Shown piece by piece: positions 54,895 to 64,000 of a DNA stretch of 64,000 nt. The stretch is from assembly GCF_009914755.1 (NCBI RefSeq), contig NC_060930.1; one strand, written 5' to 3'. How positions within the stretch are numbered: position 1 is the first letter of the stretch; each line of letters begins with the position of its first letter. This DNA comes from the human T2T-CHM13v2.0 reference genome, Homo sapiens. The position numbers were made by a program, and so were the translations under genes. The notes under the pieces are model-generated. The model ran no database searches and was not told the DNA's origin. It worked only from the letters and a program-made list of their open reading frames with translations.

Positions 54895-55735
54895 CTTTTT
54901 TGTTTTCAACAAACATGTTTTCAGCATCTCTTTTATATCTGGACCAGGGGATACAGGGAAAGTCCCTGCCCTCATGGAACTTTGTTCTCAAGGGAAGAAC
55001 TAACAATCAAAATAATAAATGAGATAATTACAAACTAAGGTAATGAATGAGAAGAAAATTTAAAAAAAAGATGACATAGTGAAGTAATTTGGGGTTATTT
55101 CATCATAAAGAGTTCCCTTTTAAGAGAAAAAAAATCTTAGTTGAGACCTGAATAGAAGGAAATGGCCATGTGCACATCTGAGGAAAGGATATTTCTGTAG
55201 AAGAAACATGATGAACAAAATCTCCAAAGGAAAATAGTGTAGCATGTTTGAGAAATAAGCAGCAGCTCGTGAACTTGCATGATTAAAGAGATAATGTTTT
55301 GATATAATGTTGAGAGACAAGCCAGAGATAAAGCAGATTATAAAAGGTCTTGAGAATTAGGTTAAGTTTTGACTTTATTCTAACAAAAATGAGAGGGCAT
55401 TCAATTATTTTAAGTGGGGAGTTATAAGATCTTTTTTTTTCTTTTTTATGTAAGACAAGTCTGTAAAGAATTTATTGGAGAAAGGTAAGACTAGAAGTAA
55501 GGAGGTTGACTGAGAATATCACTGCAGTCATACAAAAAAGAGATGGCTATTATTTCAACTGAAGTGATTAACAGTGGAGAAAAAAAAGACATCTAAGATG
55601 GTCTTTTAAGTTAGAACTGAAAGGATCAGGCACTAAATACGAGGGTGAGAGTAAGAAAACAATCAATCATAGTTTCCATGTTGTTTTCTTAGATCATCGG
55701 ATGGATAATGGTTTCTTTACACAAGATGAGTAGGA
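54895..55735 (-). mobile_element. L2 fragment
   Basis: ttcaacaaacatgttt...ggggatacag...gtccctgccctcatggaactt...ttgagacctgaa...gagatggc. Confidence 0.7.
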
Positions 55736-55739
55736 ACAT

Positions 55740-56680
55740 ATAACACTGAAATTCCACTTTTAGGTATATACCAAAGAGAATTGAAAGCCTGCATACACCC
55801 CAAATCTTACACATAAATATTCATAAAAGTGCTATTCATAACAGCTGAAAATGTGCAAATTAGAAAGTGATTGTGAATACTCAAAAGTCACAGGCTTAGA
55901 AATTACTTGAGAAGAAGTTTACAACTTAGGGTGATCCTTGATACAGAGTCAGCTTACAACAATTAAAAAACTAAAAATAAACAAAAACAATTACCCCCCT
56001 CCTCCCCCCTCCAAAAAAAGAAAAAAAACAAAAAGCTGGGAAGTGGGAGAATCTGATTTGCAGATTTACAACATTATAAGATCAAAATATCCACTTTTCA
56101 ACAAACATCACAAGGCATAGTGAAAGAAGGAAACAGGAAAAGATGGCCCATTGAAATGGAAACAAAAAACATAACCAACAGAACCTTCCTGAATAATACC
56201 TCGTGGCAGATCTACCAGACAACAATTTTAAAATAATTTTCTTAAAGATGCTTAAGAAGTAATAGAGGATGTGGAGAATGTAAAGAAACTATATGAACAA
56301 ATTGGAAATATGAGTAAAGAGATAGCCTAAATAGGAACTAAGAGAAATTCTGGAGCTGTAAACTACAATAACAGAAATATGAAATTCACTGGAGGGACTT
56401 AAAGGCATATTTGAGCAGACCGAAGGAAAAAAATAGTGAATGTAAAGATAAGACAATAGAATTTATGAATTCAGAGAAACAGAAATAAATAAAGTTTGAA
56501 GAAAAGTGACCAAAGCCTAAGGGACTTGTGGGATACCATCAAGTGGACCAACATACACACTGTGGAAGTCTCAGAAGAAGATGAAAAGGAAGGGACACAG
56601 AGAATGCTTGAAGAAATAATGGCTTAAATTATCTTACATTCAACTGAGTAAAGTCAAAAATATGAACATCCAAGAAGCTG
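55740..56680 (+). mobile_element. L1M fragments (short 3' piece, then ORF1 region)
   Basis: aattccacttttaggtatataccaaagagaattgaaa; gaaattctggagctg...aaattcactggagg...gggacttgtgggataccatcaagtggaccaacatacac. Confidence 0.7.
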
Positions 56681-58638
56681 GCTTATTTCGCTCAAAATTA
56701 AGTTTCTACGATTTTTCTGCTGTTGTGTGAATTACAATTATTGTGATTATACAATTATATAGACATCTAATAAATATCTTTTACATAATATTATTTGCAT
56801 AACATGCCATTTGCATAATATTCAATGTTCCCATTAAGACCCTAATGGATATTTTAAGGAACAGGCCATCATTAAACTTTTTTTCTGCTAGGTTTTCTCA
56901 CAGTTGCTTCTCAAAAAAAAAAAAAAAATCTTGTTTTGGTCACAGAGTGGAAAGTACCTATAGATCTACTTAATATCCCTTTTGAAAAGATTAGGAGGGC
57001 ATTGTGGTATTGGAGTTAAATGTCTCTAACTGACTACAGGTAACACATGTTTTCTTTTAGGCCTGAAATTAATGCTATGTTTATATAACTTCCTAAATGA
57101 AATACAATACTTTTGGGATAAAAATAAAAGTCATCTCTTGCTCTTAGAGAGGACAACAGAGTAAAAGAAATGTTCTGAGCTGATAAATAAAGGTAGGTAA
57201 CTATGTCTGCTCTCTTGGAGTCAAAATTTTCTCTAAAGGTCAACACCATACTAAACACAATGCTAAAAACACAATTACTAAAATGCTAGTCAGCTCCTCC
57301 CAAACTCTGTACAAATTTTGCAGATGCAGCTTTGATTTGTTTTATTCCTCTTGAGAGAAGGTAGGTTTCACCAGAGTATTTTTGTAAATAGTAATTTTCC
57401 TTAGAAAATTAAATCTCAGATGTTTAAAGGTTAACAGGGTCTTTCTGTTATGGCTCTAAAGGATAAGCCAACCAAGGATTGACAACAAAGAATTTGAAAA
57501 AGAAGGCAACCATTCATTTGCCAATGAAAAGAGCAGAAGGCTGAGAGGTGATTATAAAAGTCTTTATCCAGAAATAGATAACTCTGGACAAAAGTAGCAA
57601 ATGAAGGCAGTGGATATATTAAAGATGGAGAATCTTGTTTCTACTGTCCTCTGAAGTTATGGTGGTAGCAAATTCAAATTTATATAGTAGCCAGGTAAAT
57701 AGCCTAAATAAGTACAGTTGACAACTCATATGAAAGGGAGAGTATATGTCCCATCTCAAGGAGGTAATGACTCCTCATAGCCAGCCTGTTGTTACCAAAG
57801 TGAAATGTATGCCCAATGTTTACAGGTCTTCTACATTGTAATAAGAAGCAAAAATTAAGGGTATCATGTAATGATCTAACTTATAAATATTATCTCACCT
57901 TTATAAATTATCTTGCCCAACAAAACAGATCCAGACTATATTCAACCTGTGGGCCACATTTAGCAAGCTGCCTAATAATTAATTAAATGTTGAAAACCAA
58001 TGGTGCAGTAAGTCAAAACTCCTATCTTCTGATGATAGAAAATCTGGCTGGCTGGCGATTTCTTGCTGAGGACATAGGATCCAGCCCAAAGTTTCTGACC
58101 ACAACACATGGAAGTGGAGGTCAAGATGCAGAAGAAGGAGACCATCTCTTATAGCCCCTCTGCTTCCAGGGAGTGGTAGTTGACTCCCCTGTGTTTAGAG
58201 ATGAGAAAATGTAAATCAATATCTCACCTTTCCTTAATCCTCACCCACTTTAAAGCCTCAGTTGAAATCTAGAGTTCCAGCATCATCAAAATTATGATAG
58301 TGAGAGTAAACACAGGAAAGCTAGATTATCTTAGAGTCTCAAAGGAACATAAACAGCATGAGTCAGGAAGTCTAACATGTTCTTTGCAATTCCCCCAGTA
58401 CCTAGACAAGTTGGCATGTTGTAGGAGCTCCATAAATGGACCAGGAAGTATAACAGGAACTTCAGGAGTGCAGTCACACTTAGTAAAGTGTGACTTGATC
58501 AATATGCTCACATGATTAAATTTGTTTCAGCCAGATAACAGTGGGAACTGTTATGAAAAAGACTAAGAGATAAAATGCTAAAGAGACTAAAACAAGGTAA
58601 GATCTGTAAGGAAATAACAAGGAACTAAAATAGAGCAT

Positions 58639-58984
58639 TGTATTAGACTGTTTTTACACTGCTGATAAAGACACATCTGAGAATGAATGGGCAATTTACA
58701 AAGGTAAGAGGTTTATAGGACTTACTGTTCCACATGGCTGGGGAGGCATTACAATTATGGCAGAAGGTGAAAGGCACATCTCACATGGATGGCAGCAAGC
58801 AAAGAGCTTGTGCAGGGAAACTCCCATTTTTAAAACCATCAGATCTTGTGAGACTTATTCACTATCATGAGAACTGCACGGGAAAGACCCATCCCCATGA
58901 TTCAATTACTTCTCACCGGGTCCCTCCCACAACATATGGGAATTCAAGAAGAGATTTGGGAGGGGACACAGCCAAATCATATCA
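58639..58984 (-). mobile_element. THE1B-like solo LTR, sense to EYS
   Basis: tgtattag...gcttgtgcagggaaactccc...ccccatgattcaatta...gccaaatcatatca; TSD agcat/agcag. Confidence 0.9.
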
Positions 58985-59054
58985 AGCAGTGAAATTAATT
59001 TTCCACTACAACACCAGAGGAAAGAATCCTTTCAAACATGGGAGACACTTTTAT

Positions 59055-59440
59055 GTGAAATCCAAAGAGTTGATCCCATAGAAACAGAGAGTTAAAAGGC
59101 AGTTGCCAGAGGCTGGAGGAAGGAGCAAGGTGGAGAAAGGGATGATATTGATCAAAGGGTACAAATTTTTAATTAGAATAGAGGAATATGTTGTAGTGAC
59201 TTATCACATTTTATGGGTGCCATAGTTAATAATAATGTATTGCATATATCAAAATTGCTTAAAAATAGATTTTTAACATTCTCATTACAAAAAAAATTAT
59301 CAGTTAGTGGGGAGATGGATATGTTCATTAGCTTGACTGAATCTTTCAACAATGTTTACATAAATAAAAAAACATCATATTGTGCCTCATAAATATATAC
59401 AATTACTATGTGTCAATTAAAAATAAATAAATACATAAAT
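59055..59440 (+). mobile_element. L1MA 3' end
   Basis: gttgccagaggctgg...gatcaaagggtacaaa...catagttaataataatgtattg...tgtcaattaaaaataaataaa. Confidence 0.8.
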
Positions 59441-60099
59441 TTTACAAATGAAAAAATAAATGTGGCACATTTTTTTCTTTTTGCATTAGAAATATTAGGG
59501 CCAAGATTTCAAATTGCAAATGTCTTCAAAGCTCTTTGCTTTCTAATGGATTATATTTCTATTTATTTTCCCCATTAAAAGCCACAATTAAATGGCCTGG
59601 TAGTACTTCAAAACTTTGATTTTTAAGTGTCTTTAAGATTTCTTTAAATTTGACCAGTTTGTATGAAACCACAGCACATTTCAGCTGAATAATGACAGTG
59701 CAGAAAGGCACTTTGTTACAGATAAAAATCATTGACTTTCGGAGATGCCATCAATAGTCATTTAGACTAGAATATTTCAGTCTCAAAAGTAAAGATATTT
59801 TCTCCTTTATAGGCAGCACATTGCATTTTACATGGTTGTTAAGATTTATAGATTCATTGTCTAGCTTCCATAGGTGAAGTAATTTCAGACTCACATAACC
59901 AAAAGAGGTAGAATTTCATTGTATCGAATTCTCTTTTCTTCCCTTTCTACTCAATTAGTGAAAAATCTGTTTTTCAAATTGTAATGTCTCAGATACTGAC
60001 AGTAAGGATTTCCATACTTTAAAAAGTATGCAGTATGCTCCATACCTGGGCTTTGGGCACCTTCACTGGATTCCTTCCTGTTTTGATTTTTAAACTCAT

Positions 60100-60630
60100 T
60101 ATTTTAGTTTGGATTCTGCTGAAATCAGAACTTAAGATGGAGGCTTGTGTGCAGTAATGCATTTGGTAGATGATTTTAGGAAGTAAAATTGAGGAGCTCG
60201 GGACATGAAATCAGAGAATAACGAAGTCAGTAGAAGAAATCTTATTATGGTTACTATTTGGGCAATGACTAAATAATTACATAATGACCTTTAGAAAGTT
60301 AATAACATATAATCAGGATTATCCATAAGTAAAGCTGGTGATTAGAATATTTATAAATTACCTTCCATCCCTAGTTGTTTGAAGGGTGTCTTAGGAGCAC
60401 TGACTTCTTGTATTTTGAGCCTGAACGTGCCTGTATGCTAAGGTAGTTCACATCGTGTATGAAAAGATCCTCAAAGGGAGCAAAGACTTGATATAAGGAA
60501 CTGCCATGATGAGGCGAGCTGAGATCACTCAGTACAGCTCATTCCAAATGCAGTACTGCTCATTCCAAATGCAACTGAAATCAGAGGCTGACCAAGAAAG
60601 AGGATGTAGCCTGGAGCACCAGAGTCATTT
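60100..60630 (-). mobile_element. LTR33/LTR16-like old ERV-L LTR
   Basis: ttagtttggattc...gaaatcagaacttaagatggaggcttgtgtgcagtaatgcatttggtagatgattttaggaag. Confidence 0.5.
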
Positions 60631-62069
60631 GCTATGTTTACTGCAGGAAGTATCAAGGCCTGCTTTCTAGAAATATACCTGTAGGTCTGCCTCCCTCCAT
60701 GTACTCTCTGATCTTCCCCATTCAATTGACCCCAATCTTCCAAGAAGCCAGTTGTGTATATTTTGCTTGGAATGTGCTTTGTACACTCAATTCTTACCTC
60801 AATTTGCACCAATTTGTGTGTGTGTGTGTGCTGAGGAAGTTGGAGAATTACAATGTTCATGCTTTGGGACATAGGTATTAGGTGTGCTCTTCATAATAAC
60901 TTTGCCAGAAAGCCCTGCACTTTGGGAATTATTGAGCTTTTGTGATTACATATGGCAATGTAATCTTGTATTTTGAGTTCTCACTTATGGTTAGAACTTC
61001 AGTTGGGTGCTCCGGGCTATATCTTCTTCCTTGTCCAGCCTCTGATATCAGTTGCATTTGAAATGAGCAGTTCTGAGTGGTCTCAACTCACCTCATAATG
61101 AAAGTTTCCTATGTAAAGTGCTCGCTGAGTCTTTGCTCCCTCTTGAGGGTCTTTTTCTATACATAGGAGCCATCCATGTATAGAAAGAAACTATGAACAA
61201 CTGAAGAAGAAGAAACACTGAACAACTAGGAATAACAACCACATCAGAGCCTAACACATTAAATCATCCAATAACTATAATTTTTGGTACCACTGGTCTT
61301 TAATTAGGTCATTCTAATTAAAATGTTCTTACATAATTTGTTCTGTAATGTTAAAAGTGTATTTTAATGTTCTATCTATTATATATAATTTATCTGAGGC
61401 CAATTACTCTAAAATATGTGATGCCCTAGAAAACTAAATATAGGTGGATAATGACCTATAAATATATGATAATTGATGTGTTTTTAATAGACATTACTTA
61501 ATCTCAAATCATTATCTTATTTTGTAGAGTATAAAAATTAACTGCTTCAAGATTATTTTATATTATATAAAGAATCACCAATGATAAAGTTACTTGTCTT
61601 AATTTGCTATTGGTTTCAATTTAGAAAGATTTATTATGAGTTAGTGAATAATATAAAAAGTCTAAATTTTGTGTTTTACTTCACCTCTAGATTTACTATA
61701 AAGAACAATTTTACTTTGTAATATTACATCAAATTATATCCTATCTGAATTTAAAATTAATGTTATATACTCACATATATTGTATTTTAATTTAGAATGA
61801 ACCTGATTCACAGGGTTGTAAAAAATTATCTAGATTGTTTGCCACAGTTTCAAAAAGTCAGCATTTTAAAAGTCAGAATTTTATTTCTTATTGGTTACTA
61901 ATTTTTTAAATGTTTTTTATTGGCAGCATGAGAAGAAAATTAAAAGAGAAAACACTTTATGAAAAACTATAATCACTAAGCAGTTACATGTGTTAACATT
62001 CAAAAAGTTTAAATTGTATACAATTAAAAAATTAACTTACTTGAAGTGAAATATGATTTTATTTTAAAA

Positions 62070-63400
62070 ATTTTTGTGTGCCTTTAATGTCCTAGGCACT
62101 CTTGTAGGTACTGCGATAAAATAATGAACAAAAGAGAGAAATTCCTGTGTTCAAGGACATTTAATTCAAGTAGTAAGAGAGAAAATAAACAGTTAAGTGA
62201 CAGACTTATTAGGAAGTGCTAATTGCTAGGAAGGGAATAAAAGGTAATTGAATAGAGTGACATAGTGTTATTTTTATATAATGTAGGTAGGCTTGTAAGA
62301 GAAACTTCTATACAAAGCCTGATAAAATAATACAGAAAAGCATGCTATCAGAGGGAAGTGATACACACCCAGATAGAATAGCAGAGGCCAACACTGTGGA
62401 ATTGAGGGAGAAATTAGATTAGAGAGGTAGCTAGGGGCCATATTATACAGGATTTAGCAGACCAATGTAAGGAGTATGTGCTTTGTTCAAGTATTTTGGG
62501 AAGCTACGGAAGATTTTGAACATGGGAGTGAAGTGATATGCTTTAATTTTAAAATGATCACTCTGGGTGCTAGATAGTGAATATATTTTAACATCAGAAG
62601 AGGGAAGATGGAGACAAATTAAGATGTCATATTTCAGGCAAGAGATGATGGGGGCTTAGACTAGGATCATTGCAATATAGGTTGTGAAAGTGGTTGAATT
62701 AAAATGTATTTTGAAGATGCAGCCAATGGGATTTGCTGATGGACTGCATGGAGATGTGTGAGCAAAGAGTTAAGAATAACTCCACAGTTTTGGCCTGAGA
62801 AACTGGGTAATAATGATGCCATCCACTGAGGTGGACAACACTAGGCAGAACACAGTTGGAATAAATCCTCAGTACTAATCAGTCTGAGGTATTATATGGA
62901 TACCTGAATGAACATGTTAGTAGTTATTTGGGTATATGAGTTGAGAGTTCAGGGGAGACACAAAGATTCATAGAACATATTTGGGAATTATTAGTATATT
63001 TATGGTATTTTTTAAATGGTTGAAATTCCTCAATCAGTGAACATATCTAAAAATAGAAATAATGATGATCTAAACAATTATGTGATCCACTAATAGTAAG
63101 AGAAAACAATGATGAAATTGATAATTGCGGAAACATGGAGTGCAAGTTTACAAGGTATTTTACATAAACAAAATAGGTAAAATGCTACTGATAATATGAC
63201 CACAATGTGGAAAGAAAATGGCAATGGAGAATAATTAGTGACCTCCAACAAGAAGAATACCATTTTAATCTTGGGATTAAAGCATGATTGGAAGTGGGAT
63301 TGAAAGAGAATAGGTAGTGAGGAAATGGATATTCAATAGACAGCAGGTTTCAAAATTCTTTTTTTTAAACAAATCGAGTAGTAGTTTAACACTTTTTACA
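62070..63400 (-). mobile_element. L2 fragment (continues past the Alu to the window end)
   Basis: ctaggcactcttgtaggtactg...aatgaacaaaa; aaaatgatcactctggg; caggcaagagatgatgggggcttagactagg; gatttgctgatggactg. Confidence 0.8.
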
Positions 63401-63539
63401 CATTGTAGAAAGATTCAAAAACAAAATGAGGAAAAGGTAAATATTTATTCATATGCTGATAGCAAGTGATATAGTATGGAGAGAATAATTTATGCTGGAG
63501 AAAATAAATGCAGGATAAACTTTTCTTAACAATAAATGA

Positions 63540-63825
63540 GGCTGGGTGCAGTGGCTCATGCCTATAATCCCAGCACTTTGATAGGCTGAGGCAGGCAGAT
63601 GACTTGAGGTCAGGAGTTCAAGAACAGCCTTGCCAACATGGTGAAACCCCATCTTTACTAAAAATACAAAAATTAGCTGGGTGTGGTGGCAAGCACCCGT
63701 AATCCCAGCTACTTGGGAGGCTGAGGCAGGAGAATTGCTTGAGGTGGAGGTTGCAGTGAGCAGAGATTGCACCACTGCACTCCAGCCTAGGCGACAACAG
63801 CGAGACTCCATCGGAAAAAAGAAAA
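63540..63825 (+). mobile_element. AluS (Sx/Sq-like)
   Basis: ggctgggtgcagtggctcatgcc...gaggtcaggagttcaag...cactccagcctaggcgacaacagcgagactcc plus an A tail. Confidence 0.92.
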
Positions 63826-64000
63826 TATGATAATAATAATGGAGAGAATCCATACAGCAGTAGGGCAGTAGGGTTGACAATAGACAGGAATGTGGAAAAA
63901 CAGAAAATGTAGTCTATGAATGCAGATGCGTATAGTTTGGTAGTTGTTAGTGCGAAGATAAAGAAGCTTTCTTCTGATGGCTTTTATTTTCTCAGGGATA

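Noticed and set aside
50393-63880. ORFs 50393..50719 and 63449..63880
   Set aside because: Typical antisense-Alu translations.

Overview
Human or great-ape intronic DNA from EYS (eyes shut homolog, the RP25 retinitis pigmentosa gene), transcribed on the minus strand. Only two coding exons are present: 8418-8247 (172 nt) and 7319-7241 (79 nt). Both have canonical AG/GT boundaries and together encode Ca-binding-type EGF repeats ([16 protein letters not shown]...[36 protein letters not shown]). From memory these are probably exons 20 and 21; the numbering is unverified. The rest is AT-rich intron (more than 55 kb with no recognisable exon) densely layered with retroelements: L1 of several ages, L2, MIR, five Alus, MaLR LTRs (THE1, MST, MLT1), ERV-L LTRs (MLT2, LTR16, LTR33), a decayed ERV-L pol, a MER52-type solo LTR and hAT DNA-transposon relics. 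Repeat subfamily names come from recalled consensus sequences, and boundaries of old elements are approximate. I found no CRISPR, RNA gene or new multi-gene system. The most interesting candidates are: (i) a possible decayed EGF-repeat pseudo-exon at about 6420-6966, just downstream of the 79-nt exon; (ii) a twin-priming-type 5'-inverted old L1; (iii) a head-to-head inverted Alu pair 70 bp apart; (iv) four DUX4-consensus sites in LTRs; (v) a weak 5' splice site followed by a U-rich tract.
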